Below the pieces are notes generated by a model. That model was not told the DNA's origin, made no database searches, and worked only from the letters and a program-made list of their open reading frames with translations. DNA of 64,000 bases. Origin: Paragordius varius. Lineage: Eukaryota; Animalia; Nematomorpha. The DNA lies in assembly GCA_964247055.1 (NCBI GenBank), contig OZ176054.1, positions 1,798,001 to 1,862,000 of the forward strand, given 5' to 3'. Position numbers and translations under genes: made by a program. Shown piece by piece: positions 1 to 12,890 of the stretch (its first letter is position 1; the number at the start of each line of letters is the position of its first letter).

Positions 1-2305
1 CGTTTCATGTGACGAGGATCAAAATATGATGTCCCACCCTTCTTACTATCCAGATAAAATGAACAATATGGAAAACGATGATAAGTATACATATATACAC
101 ATTATATATAAACGGCGCATATATGTAGGTAACTATTTGATTTTAATACAATTTAGTTTGAAAAAAAAACTATAAAGCTAAAAACTGTTGGGTGCATAAC
201 ACAACTATACATTTGCGGTTATATAATTATGCCAGAGAATATTTATAAATAAGATTTAGCCATAGTTTTTATGTGTATGCCTAATTTTGTAATTGGTTTA
301 TATTATCCTAACATAGTATGGACATATTAACACTTCGATTCAAGTTGGGATATCTTAAGACCCTAGACCATTTAAATTTATGGTCCTATGCTAAGAAAAT
401 TATAAATAAGCCAAAATAATTAAATAAAAAAATCACCATATCAAGCGGCTTCGGCGCCATTTTATTTCACATTATTTTTGCAGGATACAGTGCTTTTTTA
501 TCGCTAAAATAAAGTTAATTTTTTATTAAAAATATATCTAACATTAATATAAACAGAAAAAATGGTTTATTTTGCATTATTTGATATCTCTAATACACAT
601 ATGTCATGGTGGCTATATTTTTACCATTGGGTTTATCCCTAAACTAAGTATATCAAATTTTAATAAATCGTTTTTGTATTTCGGTGCATTAATGTTATAT
701 AAGTGCAAACTTTTGCAATGGTTTCAAGTTTCATATTTTTTGAAATATTTGATTATAAACAGGCCTGGGGTCGTCAAAGATCCCAATTTTAATCGGAGGT
801 CCAGAATGAATGTGTTGTATGCAAGTATTAATATACATGATTATATCACAAAATTTTTTGTAAGTTATTATATTATTTTCCGCCAAAAATTAATGTTTAA
901 ATTTTGTAATATACCGATTTCATTTATTAATGAGGTTGGGATTGATACCTTTTCAATCACTCTTTTTTCTGAATACTTGACATTTTTATACGGTAATTCA
1001 TATTTTACATAATTTCCACAAAATGTGAGAGTTTTCGATTTTAAATATCGTTTTAGAAACACAGATTTTTCAATCACCAACAGCATGATGTCCGTTGTTA
1101 TGAGCCCACTTGCATCAAATTACGGTAAATAAACATTGTGTTTTAAATTTACATTTATAGGACATTGTAATTTCATATAAATTATTCATACTTTTACGAT
1201 ATAAACCTATTCATAGTAGTCTACAAAAGTTTTTTATTAATTACAGTTTTGTAATTTTTGGTTTCGGTAATATACAGTAAAAACTGAAATTTTACGGACA
1301 AAACGTAAAAATATATAGAAAAATAATTTATCTAAAAAACAACCAACCATACTTTTTAAATCTTGATTTTCTAAATATAACTTATTGTTTAAAATGGCAA
1401 AGTGTGAAATAGAGCTATATACTACGAACACATTCAATCCACATTTTACATAACTAAATAGCTATTTAGAAAAGTATGGTTTAAAAGAGCATGGTTGTCT
1501 TTTAGAAGAAGATAATTGTCTTATGTTTTGTCCGTATAATTTCAATTTTTACTGTACGCTTTTTTATTCTATATTTTCATTACCATGATTTTTCTAATGA
1601 TAATTTTCCATATAAATTATGATAAAGATCGCAACCATCAAATAATACGAGAGGAGCAACAACAACCGTTTCAATGCATTTCAAATTTTGCAAATAAAAT
1701 CAAACGCAGGCATTTCACTAATAATCCGCATTCCGATGATAAGTTTGAAACAATCTCTGGCCATTTGAATATCATTCCATGCACTACGCTAAATCCTAAA
1801 TTACCGTATAATAATTTATTGTTAAATATCTAATTCGATAATAATTAATTTATGGACATGTATTCATTTATATAAAAAAAAAATTCAATATAATTTATTT
1901 TATTTAAATTCCAATATGTGGCAATTTTCACAGTTTTTTGATTCTGTGGTTTTTATTATTGCGTCTACATAAAAATTTTGGTATTTTTATTAAATATGTG
2001 TTCTATCTAACTAATTATCAAACAAAATTGGTTTTTCGGAATGTAAATCTTTTAATAAAACCTTACTGCTCATAATTAATCAAAAAAAATTATTATCTAA
2101 ATATTTAACAATTTATGATCAATCTAAATATAGCACAACTAATTGTGTTTGGGAAGAAAGGGATCACCATATGGGGAAAGAATTAATTGAGTCTTACCAA
2201 GCGTTTGAAAGTATTAATCAGCAAGATCATATAGATTTTGCTACCTATTTTGGCAAAAGCCCTTACATTTCTTGCTTTAAAGATGCGACGACCAAAAAAT
2301 TTTAA
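1..2305 (+). CDS. 3' part of an unidentified spliced gene (exons <1-84, 1084-1124, 1628-1805, 2134-2305)
   Basis: Four GT/AG-bounded segments join with consistent phases (2,1,2) into ...VSCDEDQNMMSHPSYYPDKMNNMENDDN MMSVVMSPLASNY DRNHQIIREEQQQP...NPKLP TTNCVWEERDHHMGKELIESYQAF...DATTKKF*. No family recognised; the acceptor at 1627 is weak. Confidence 0.5.
327..831 (+). mobile_element. Family A TTAA-flanked piggyBac-like MITE (older, diverged copy)
   Basis: TTAA-CACTTCGATTCAAGTTGGG at 327 and ...TGTGTTGTATGCAAGTA-TTAA at 831; the interior is homologous to the copies at 24352 and 43648. Confidence 0.8.
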
Positions 2306-2999
2306 TGAGTTTATTATAGATACAATCTGTAAATTTATATAAATATATATACGATATATATTAACTTTACTGTATTAAAACACCTAGTTTTACTTTTAAT
2401 TGACAATTTTTAGCATTACTTTATGGTTAAATCTTATTGGATATGTGATCTCAACATAATAAAATACACCATCTCCAAAACATGCATTTACTTGTACAAT
2501 AATTATACATACACACGCCTCTTTATAATATAAAATGACCATTGAAGTTATTGATGTGGTTATTTAATTTTTTTTATTATATTTCATGGTACTTATCAAG
2601 ACATCACGCTAGTAACTTAGTTTAAACATTTTTACATAACACAATATGGTAGTATACAACTAATAAATTATAAAAGTTACAATTTCTTAGGCTTATATTT
2701 GTAACCATAAATTCAATTATTGTAACATATTCCATAGAAAAATATTTTAGAGAAATTTTAGTTTTTAATGATGTTACTTATTAAAAGTTTAGGCTTATAG
2801 GTTTTACTTCTTCATGAATGTGACTGCTTTCAAAAACTTGTTTAGCGCATGATGAAAATCAATCAATTGTGAGATATAAACATTTGATATAAAATACTTT
2901 GTCCAATTTGGACTTTTTATTATTTTAATAATATTTGAACCATCGGCTTGATTTTGTTACATCTTGTTGCATTTGAGTCAATGATGCCTGCTTATAGTG

Positions 3000-5900
3000 C
3001 CCACAAAATATGGGGTATAAAATAATATCCCGATGAAATATTATTCTAATAGGAAAATGTATCAGTAATATTATATTTTGGTTTTGGCCCTTGCAAGTAA
3101 TTTAAGGTCCAGGTCAGTAAATGGCAAAATTTCCTCACATTTGTTAGAGTTTTTTTGGTTAAAACTATATGCTTCATTCATAAATTATCAATAAAATATA
3201 TCATGAACTCTATATTAAAGCAAAACAATTTATAAAAATTTAATTTTTAACTGTTCCGAAAGTCATAATTTTACGCACTTCTAAAATGGGCTAGTTCGCT
3301 TAAAACAAACGCAAAACTGAGATTGCACGATAAAAATCTTATATATATATATATATATATATGCTAAATTTTTGCATAAAAAAATTTTCCTGAAAAAATA
3401 GGTAATTTGCTTTAAAATTTACTTTTTAAGAAAATTATGGTAAAGCGTACCTTATATTCTTTTGATATGATGAAAACGATATATAAACAATTTAATATAT
3501 TATCAAACACTTTTTCTATATAAATTCCAATATGCTGAACATACTATAACTGAAGTTTGAAAATTTTTTCATTTTCATTATATTAAATATAAATTGTTTT
3601 TTTACAACACCCCAATTTAAAAAACAAAACCTTTGAATCGAATTCTGAGGCGATATGTTCAGCATCATCATATTGTATAGAAAAGTGTTAATCGCAAAGA
3701 GTGTTTTTTACAACGTTTTCACCCAAAAGCACAATAGCACACCCTTCGATTAAACTATAAATTAAATTTTTAAGCGAAATACTCATTTTTTCGAAAAAAA
3801 ACTTTGATTATACCAAATTTTAGAATATATTAAAAATATTTATCGTGCAACGGCGCTCGTTTTTTTATCACTCCATAACCTTTTAGGGTAGTTTTACCAA
3901 GAGGGATTTGAAAATTGAATACCGAAATTAAAAATGCTTTTTGCATTAAACTAAAAAATTTATTAAATAAATCCTCATTTCAAACTTTTCGCCCCCATTT
4001 TCACTATAAATTTTTTTCACATTGCTAATGAACAGGCAAATAAATGTATATGGTTAGAAAATGTAAAAAATAACTTTAAAAGGCTTTAGGCTACATTTTA
4101 CCAGCAAATGGATATATTTTGATTTTTATATCAGATGTTCGCTTCAGTCGTGTTTTGGAGCTGTCCCAATTTTAGACTCTAGAAGTCACAAAATTGTAAA
4201 AAATATAAACTTTTTTATTTTATATATGGGAACAATTTTTGATAATATAATCTTAACAATTCAAAACAGTAGTTTATTTACAAAATTGAACTTTAAGATA
4301 TAAATCTATCCCAATATCAGTACAAAAAAGTGAAAAGGTCATAAAGTGTTCAGAGATTTGCCCATTTGGCACGGATTCAAAGAAATCAGACTTTTTCACA
4401 TCTAGAATAATATTTATAAAAGTACATTTCTGATTTATAACTAATTTTTAGTTATATTTTTAGGATTGATGCATTTGACTTTAATCAAAAAAAGTTATTT
4501 AACAAAATGTGGTCGTTTTCTGATATGAAGCAGTTACGACAAAAGTTAAAACTTCGTTATTTAAGTCGTATATCGTGTTTTGAAATAAAATCATTCCCTA
4601 AAATTTAATGTGAAAAAAATGTTCAGAATCATCAATAGAAAAGTTGTTTTTATAATATTTTAAGGTGTTTTTACACCGTTCCCACCTTGCCTTAAAATAT
4701 GATAAGACTCCCCACCAAAATAATAGTTTTCAACACTTCATGACTGTTTGGGATAGTTTTATGTCACAGAGTGATTTGAAATTATATCTTAAAAGAGATT
4801 TAAGGTAATAGGACGAATTTAAAAATGTGCATTTTTAGCATAAAAAAATTTGAAAATGTAAAATTGTAAAAAAATACTCATCTAATATTTGCCATTCTTT
4901 TTCATTGAATTTTTTATCGCTAATACAATAAGGAAATAAATATATATATCGTTAGATATAAATGCTTAACTTAGTAGGTTTTATTCTGCCAGCAAAAACT
5001 TTATATTTTTAGATTTAAATCAGCTGTTTTCTTTTTAATATTGTTTTGAAGCTGTCCCAATTAACTGTAAAAAATAGAAACCTTTTTACTTTAAGAACAA
5101 TGTTTGTAACTAACCTACAAAACTGTAGTTATTAAAAAGGGGAGTTTGCAAATATATATAACTACCCCAACATGTCATCGCGGACAAAAAAGTGAAAATT
5201 TTATGAAGTGTTATAGCTATATTTTTATATTTCGGTAGCAACAGTTTTTGATATCAAACATTAACTTATTTTGAGAATTTGCCTCGCACAATCATGGTAT
5301 TATGCGTTTATTTTGATAAATCTTACCCATTTTAAATGGGGTAAATTTTGAGACTTTGGGTGCTTACATTAATTAAAATATAATAAATAATATTGTTTTG
5401 CTATGCAGTTTATGAGGCATTAAAAAATTTTTTTTGATATACTACATCTCATATCGCTCGTATCCCAAATGATAAAACATTTCTCTATCAATATACACTA
5501 AAACCAATACTCAGTGTCCAAAAATTTTTGTTTAAATATCATAGGAAAATGTATCAGGATTATTATGGTGCTTTTGACTTTAGTTGTTATGATTATTTTT
5601 ACGCTTTTATGATACTGCTCGGTATTTAATGACAAAATTTGTTCCATTTTGTTAAATTTTTTAAATGCAAAAATATTACCGAAATATATTTTAACTTCAT
5701 TTAGGAAGCTAAACATTATTTTTATAAAATTTGTATATTTTGATATGAGCTTCATATGTCCCTAATTTTTTCCCCCTTATGGGCTATTTCTTTTATAATA
5801 CATGCAAAAATGACGACGTGCGCTAAAAATTTAAAAAATATCTTGAAATTTGTTAAAAAAATGGTTTTCCGAAAAAATTAAATTGTTCATTAATTTAATT

Positions 5901-7500
5901 AGAGCAAAATTATGTTGAAGCCTACTTAATACTGTATTGACCCGTGATTGAAGTTGAGAAAAATTTTAAAATATATAATAAATATGTACTTATAATTTCA
6001 ATGATAATTTTCACCTCAGAATTATTAAAGGCTCTATAAATTTTGAATTTCACAGTCTCCACAAAAAATCTGGTGAAATATATATATTCTGATATGATAA
6101 TCCATCAGTTACTATTTTGTTTTTTTTGGCATAAAAAAATTATTTATACTTTTTGATTAGATGCTCCGCAACAGAAAATGGCATTTGCGCCTAATTGTTA
6201 ATTAAAAATTTTTAGGGAAAGCAAAAATATATCACCAAAATATACCATAAACTCCATAAAAAAGCAAAAGATTTTAAAAATTTTAATATTTAGATGTGGG
6301 CTTTAAAAGTCGAAAATTTTTTTGCTCTTCCAAAATGGTCTAGTCCTCTAAAATTAAACCTAAAAATGGCGGGATTGCGCGATGAAAAAATTAATTACGT
6401 AGATTAGCAAGAATTCCGATGCTGTTATTTATATTAAGTTTGAACCTCAAGCTCAAATTATCACTATGATGGGTAAAAGTGAAAACTCAAACATAATAAA
6501 AAAACCCCGAAGTATAGCTAATATCTGTTAATCATAACCAGTATTAGAAAAATATTTAAATATCTTTCGATATCAACTAAAAAATATTTTTTATAAAATG
6601 CATATTTTTTTCAAAAATAATTTTTAGCAACATTTTTTTGAGCGTACTTTATACTATTTTGAGTCATAATGGAAACCGTTTAAAAACGCTTTAATATATT
6701 ATTAAAACTTTTCTCTACCCAAAGGCATTTTTGGGTTTAATTTTAGAGGACTAGCTCATTTTAGAAGAGCAGACCAATTTGGGACTTTCCCACATCTATA
6801 AATGAAAATCTTACAAAATCTTTAGTTTTTATGTAGTTATTGTAATGTTTTTTGGAAGGAAGCCACTAACTTTCACCAAAAAAATTTTATTAATAAAATA
6901 TGAGCAAATTTTGCCATTTTCTGATATGGAGTCAAAAGCGTAAATAATTTTCATAAATCACTGGTAAATATAATAACACCATTTCTACATTTTCCTATCA
7001 TATATATATTTTATCAGGTTTATACCCCTTATTTTGGACGCAGTATATGGGTCTAATTTATAATTACCATTAATTTGAAAGCAAGCGAATATTTTAAGAA
7101 AGATAGGAATATTCAGCATCATCAATTTTTAAAAATATATAAAATTCCATCAAGTCTTAAAATTAAGTACGCTCCAAAAAAAATTTAAACATATTTTTTT
7201 AAGTTTCAATTTTTTACCTTAATCTAGAACTTCTTAAAAAAATATCGCGAAACTTAATATTTTCGCGCTTATCTTAAGAGAAATAAGGGCAAAAAAATTG
7301 GAAATTTTCGGTACTTAAAATTCAAATTTTAGACTATTGTTAAACATACTATATAATATTTGATGATATTTCTTGAAATATAGTTAGCTTTTATCAATGG
7401 CTAATTTTCAGATTTAATATACGACAAAATTGCAATAACTTTTATATCCCTGGGCCCCGAAATCAAAAGCACCACTAGAATCCTGATGTATCTGCCTATC
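3000..7500. repeat. Degenerate direct and inverted repeat cluster (old dispersed element family, also at ~47990-48660)
   Basis: Recurrent blocks: GGAAAATGTA..GTGCTTTTGA (3050, 5540, 48420, reverse at 7460); CCAGCAAA..GCTGTCCCAATT (4100, 4990); and an ~80-bp inverted pair at 6292-6370 / 6723-6797. Boundaries are approximate. Confidence 0.55.
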
Positions 7501-7870
7501 GAAATATATATACTTCATAAAAAATATTTTCACCTAGATTTTGACGAACTATTATATGTGTGTAAGAAAATAATTTAAAAAATTTAAAATATTTATTTTA
7601 CAAATTAATCAATATAAAATTCGTCTATAAAGAATTCAAAGTTTTAAGTGCTGATCATGAAATTTTTGAGTAAAAAAGCATTTGGATGTTTCTACATAAG
7701 GAATAAAAAAATTTATTGAATCATTATAAACTCGACCAAATAATCATAAAATTTACTATATAAAAATTAAAATTTTGTTTCTCACAAAATAAACAAATCA
7801 CATCTGATTTTGGTATATACATCTTTTACGATTGACTCATTTGGTAAAGCTCCAAGTATTATTTCTAATT

Positions 7871-8503
7871 ATGTCGGCGCATGGATCAAATACTGAGAAA
7901 TCTAATGGTAATAATCATCGTCATGGCCATGGCAAACATCTTGTTGAATTAGAAATATCTGGTATGGGATCCAGTTTATCCGATCATCCTAGAGGCATGA
8001 CAGTTGATGCACTTCATGTCGATGAAGAATATGCCAAAGAACAAGGATTGCCACCTAACCAAAAGCTCATATTAACAGATAAAGATGCTCTTTCAACTGT
8101 TGAAGCTTTTAGATTAGAACACCCTGATGGCATTACTATGGCCGGTGATGAATCTGAACTATACCGCGATGAATTGGATGAGCTTGATTTTGAACAAGAA
8201 AAATTTGGCGTTCATAAAGGCGGAAAAGGAAGATCGAAAGGTGACATAGCTGCTCATCAAAGGCCAGATCCATCAGGAAATGTACGTAAAGTCGTGAATA
8301 ACCTTGTGAATAATCAAAAAAACCAACGTACCAATCACGTAATTCAACACGGGTTGACCAAAGATGAACGGGCAGCCATACGGGAAGCCCAAGAAAAAGA
8401 ATTGGAAGAAATTGGTAAGAAAAAACGGCATGAAGACCCGGGCAAATTGACACATGCCGAACAACACATGTTGGAGGAATCAATTGAGAATGAGGCTCAT
8501 TAA
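7871..8503 (+). CDS. Intronless 210-aa hydrophilic, acidic/His-rich protein of unknown family (probably largely disordered)
   Basis: The open frame is markedly GC-richer than its flanks. First in-frame ATG is 7871 (in-frame TGA at 7805). AATAAA at 8788. Coding-like composition (EEYAKEQGLPP, DELDELDFEQEK, REAQEKELEE). Confidence 0.75.
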   Translation: MSAHGSNTEKSNGNNHRHGHGKHLVELEISGMGSSLSDHPRGMTVDALHVDEEYAKEQGLPPNQKLILTDKDALSTVEAFRLEHPDGITMAGDESELYRDELDELDFEQEKFGVHKGGKGRSKGDIAAHQRPDPSGNVRKVVNNLVNNQKNQRTNHVIQHGLTKDERAAIREAQEKELEEIGKKKRHEDPGKLTHAEQHMLEESIENEAH

Positions 8504-8828
8504 TACCGTCTGCCTTAATGTACACACATTAAGTTAATTAAACGATTATTCTTACTATGCATTATCGTTTATTTCTAATATCCAATCTATTCCGATCACA
8601 TTTCGAACGATTTGGGACCTAGTTTACTATATTTCATTATGTTACACAATATCAAATTTAGCCCGGTACTAGATTATATAATACATTTAAATAGACTATT
8701 ATATATTAACATATGACATTATTGAATATATGCCATTCAATTGATTGCAATCACTAATATATAATGTTCGATGTAAAAACATGAATCAATAAAATTATAT
8801 TTAGATTTCATCATATTTTAGGTAAAAT

Positions 8829-9937
8829 TTATTTTTTACTACCCCCCATTAGTTTGCAAATAAAGATGAGTAGCACAAATATTAGCACTGAAGGGATGAG
8901 AAGTGCAAATATATCGCTTGATAAATCTGCATTGGTACTCGGCGTTACATTTAATCTCATTGTTGCCAATAATTTTTTGGCCTTCCAGCAGCTAAATTTG
9001 AAAATATTTTTGCATTTAGTAAAACATAAGCTGATTAATATTTCTTTCTTTGTGGTTTTTGATTTGCTTAGAACAGGGGTACCCACACAATCGCTTTGTG
9101 GCCGCAATTTCGAATTAAAAAGCTCGAAGAGCCGCGTTGGAAAATGTATGGTTAATAAATATGTATAAGTCTGTAATTACACAATACTCTTTACATTTTC
9201 GTTAGATCGCTGCCAAAATTTGCAAGATTTTTTCAGAAAACTTGTAAAAATTATCAATTTTACTAAGATATTCTATCCAACAATTTTTTTCTTTATTAAA
9301 TCTTGTATATATTTCTTTCAAATTTCTTGAGGGCCCTGTTTTAGAATGTTCGTTAAAATCAAATCAATTTTTAAATAGCACTAGGCCCCTTATGATTATC
9401 AAATTATTTCATCTAATAATAACCTCCAAATATTTGTATCCGTGTATTTGACTTTCCGAAAATGTAAAATATAATCTTTATCAATGAACACTCTTCCTTT
9501 CGTTAGCTTATATAATATTTTTGGATCTAACACTTCAGTCCCATTATGCCAAGTAACAAAGTTATGTTTTCGTCTAATTGGGAATAAGCATTAAAAGATA
9601 GATAATAATCAACCTTTTTAATAATAAAATTACCAACTTTCATATATGGTAAAAATGTATTCTTTAGTATGTTAATTTGCTAAAAAAACTTAGATAAATA
9701 GCAAAGTGTGTCTAAAAATGAAATTGTACTTTGGACATTTTAGGCTAATACTTTGACCTCGCTCGACATAAATAGTGTCACGTTTGGCATACAAAATATC
9801 GCTATTATTTTCACCACCTTGATCCAAAAGATTTAACATTTAAAATTTATTGTTATTATAAAATACTATGATTGTTACATACCAATAGTAACGCAATATT
9901 GTGATTTATATTTTGATCGATCATTAAGCTTGTTTGG
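8829..9937 (-). CDS. 3' exons of an Ig-domain single-pass membrane protein, FAM187A-like (exons 9937-9883, 9817-9730, 9573-9424, 8991-8829; 5' exons unresolved)
   Basis: Phase-consistent splicing (1,2,2) gives ...YVERGQSISLKCPKRKHNFVTWHNGT...TKGRVFIDKDYILHFRKVKYTDTNIWSCWKAKKLLATMRLNVT...IFALLIPSVLIFVLLIFICKLMG*. It has the Ig Cys/Trp/D-x-x-x-aromatic-x-C pattern plus a TM helix. The RVFID..LH.R..D..I..CW motif recalls the C-terminal Ig domain of FAM187A (from memory, not searched). Confidence 0.7.
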
Positions 9938-11359
9938 CTGAAAGTGAAAGTTATATGTATTCAGATTAGGAAACACAATTTGAGAAGATTTTTACTGTTA
10001 ATTTTTAAGGCATTAATTGTTATCAAAGTTATCGAGAAATATGGATAATGTATTATTAAGGTTCAATCGAAAATTGCCAACTTTACGTTCTTTCCCAAGA
10101 AGAATTTTGAATTCTCCGGGAAATATAAAATTCGAGGATGGCTACTCATATATTTAACATAAGGCAAACATGTATGTTAGATTAAGCTCTTCCCTCATTA
10201 ACTTTTAGACTGGGGCCCATTAATTTTGAAATGTCATTTTGTAAAAATATTTTATTTAGAATATATATTTCGTTTATTAACACCATTAACTCTTCTGTAA
10301 AGGCTTATTTTAAGGCCGTTTAATATTTTTGTATACCACATAATTCTCTTACTTTCATAAAGTACTATTATGTAAAAGTTTGATTCAATTTGTATATATA
10401 TATAAACGGTAATTACAACTAGATTGAAAATTTTTAATTAAAAACAAATTCTTGATTATTACAAATATAGGTAAAATTGCATAAGCACCCACTTTTGCCA
10501 ACGGAGTAAACAGAAAATAATTAATAGATATAAAATTGTCGTAAATTTTTTCTAATCCCTTGATTGAAAAGAAACCATTCATTGATGTCCGTTTGTTATA
10601 TCTATTTTGAATGTTGCTCTCCGATTTTTTACGCTAAAAATGCGACCCCTTGGCCATTTGTATTAACACGCCTGATGATATCTACAAGAATAAATTATAA
10701 ATTGTATTTTGATATTACTTTTTAACTATAAATCAATCAAAAATGTTGCTAAACACTATTTTGTACATCTATTTTTATCCCAAAGTAAGCCTATTTAGTT
10801 TAACGATCTAAAGCGGCTATATGCATGTATTGTTCTTGTGACTTTAATATACAGGGGTCACGAATATTGTTTTGGTTTTTAACATCAAATTCATAGACCA
10901 TTTTTCTTCAAAGGAAACACTTTTTCAACCAAAGGCAACTTTTTAACATTCAAACGCAACATTTTTTTTCCTTTAAACGCAATAATTTTCCAACAAAACC
11001 CATATTTTATTTATAGAAACAAACCTTTTTTAGTTAAAATAGGTAGCTTGAATGCATAAACACAGATATAATATGCTTTCATTTTCAAATCTATGTTTCA
11101 AGAAATTTTAAAGTGCTTATTTAGAAATTTATGAATTTTGTATGGAATTTTTTTATTGGTATAATCAAGTTGGTTTTCAATCATTTCAATGATTCACAAA
11201 CATTTCGTTGATTTTTTAACATTTTGGCTTGTTCTGTTTTTACAATTTTCAACTTTTCATCAAATTTTTGTTTATGAATCATCTTTTTTTATTTAACATT
11301 AGCGTAAATCTCGTGCTGCTACGCAACCCGAGGAATTCCTTTGGACTTCTGGAGGGGGG

Positions 11360-12890
11360 GTGGCTCTTTGAAAAAAGGTATCAATAAAAAGTTCTATATA
11401 TGTGGATTATTTCGTAATTTAATAGCTATGATCTCATAGGATTTTCTAAACGGTTCATTCATACTAATATATTAGTTTTGAAAATTAGCTCCAAAGCCAC
11501 GCGATTTTTGAATGGCGTCTTTAAACTGGTAGACCCCTACCCATAGGCCTATATTGAAAAGGCGCTAAGTTAAATTTTTTGCATTTATAGGGAAAATATT
11601 TGGAATCATGTTTGATCGTCATGGGTTATTCGAATACCTCAACACTAAATAATCGTTATATGATGGCGTATTTTTAGGGCATAAAGGCCCCAAATTAACG
11701 GCTAATAAAAAAGGCCTGACCTTAATTTTTACCTAGTTACGGGTAATATTTCGATCTTTAAATGACCTCATATGGCATGAGTTTTCTGTAAATTAGTTCC
11801 AAAACAACGTAATTTCTATATAGTGGCGCAATTTTTGGCGGGTAGTTTCTTACCCAGAGGCTGATAGAAAAAAGCGCTTGATTAAAATTTTTGCCTTTTT
11901 ACGGAGAATACCTGGAATCATGATTGATTCCATATGCTCTCATTAGTATTTGGAAAAATTGCCTCAAAATTAATAATCATTCTATGGTGGCGCATTTTTC
12001 AGGGCGAGAAAGGCCTAAATAAAGGCTAATAAAAAACGTACGACCTAAATTTTTGTCTTGTTATGGGTAATATTTTAAGCACCTATTGAGCTCATATGGC
12101 CTGATAGGTTTTATGAAATTTAGCCCCAAAAGCACGCTATTTCGATATGACGGGTCAGTTTTTCGCGGGTAGCTCCTTACCCAGCAGCTATCATCAAAGA
12201 AACGCTTGACTAAAATTTTTGCCTTTTAACATGGAATACGTGGAATCCTTACTAAATTTTTACGGTCTCATACCATGGGTAAAAAATAGATTCAAAAAAT
12301 ATTTTTGTGGCCTTTGTTTTTTGAAAAAAATGGCATTTTACGGGGGAAGGGGTAAAAATAGGGCCTAAATTAAAAAAGCGAGCCTCCTATGTTCGGCGCA
12401 ATCGAAAAGTTTAAAAAAAATCATATTTGAAATTGAATGGTCCAACACGTTCTCCGAAAAATTGTCTCAAAGACAATTTTTGTGGACTTCTGTTTTCAAT
12501 AAAAACCCGTTTATTACACGGGGTGGGCCCGAATGTTTTTTGAAAAAAGGGCCCTTTACCGGGGGAGCGGGTAAAAAGAGGGCCTAAATTAAAAGGGCGA
12601 GCCGACTATGTTCGGCGCAATCGAAAATAAGTAAAAAAAACATATTTGAAATTGAGATCCAACACGTTTTCTGGAAAATTGTCTCAAAGACACGATTTTT
12701 GTCGAGATGTTTTCAAAAAAACTCGCTTTTTACACGAGGTGGGCCCGAACTGGGGACCTAATTCAAAAAAAGGTGAAGCTGTCGGATTCATTAATGATTA
12801 CATTTTTTCGATATTTGGATTTGAATTACCGGTTTTCCGGAAACAAATCACAAAGCCAGCATTTTCCATTATTATAAATATATAGATTAC
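11360..12890 (+). mobile_element. Family C long non-coding dispersed element with internal tandem repeats
   Basis: Three diverged ~325-335-bp units (CTCATA(T)GG anchors at ~11433, 11767, 12091) plus two 219-bp units (CTATGTTCGGCGCAATCGAAAA at 12387 and 12606). Homologous to 48950-49870(-) and 58155-59880(+). Ends are approximate. Confidence 0.75.

Noticed and set aside
572-1086. 146-aa and 72-aa ORFs
   Set aside because: The 146-aa ORF runs largely through the family A MITE, and similar chance ORFs recur in other copies (53942, 56322); the 72-aa ORF is AT-rich intronic sequence with no coding signature.
8136-8525. Antisense ORFs overlapping the 7871-8503 gene (and similar ones over the PLK linker and RhoGAP exons)
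   Set aside because: Shadow frames of GC-richer coding sequence with no independent signals.
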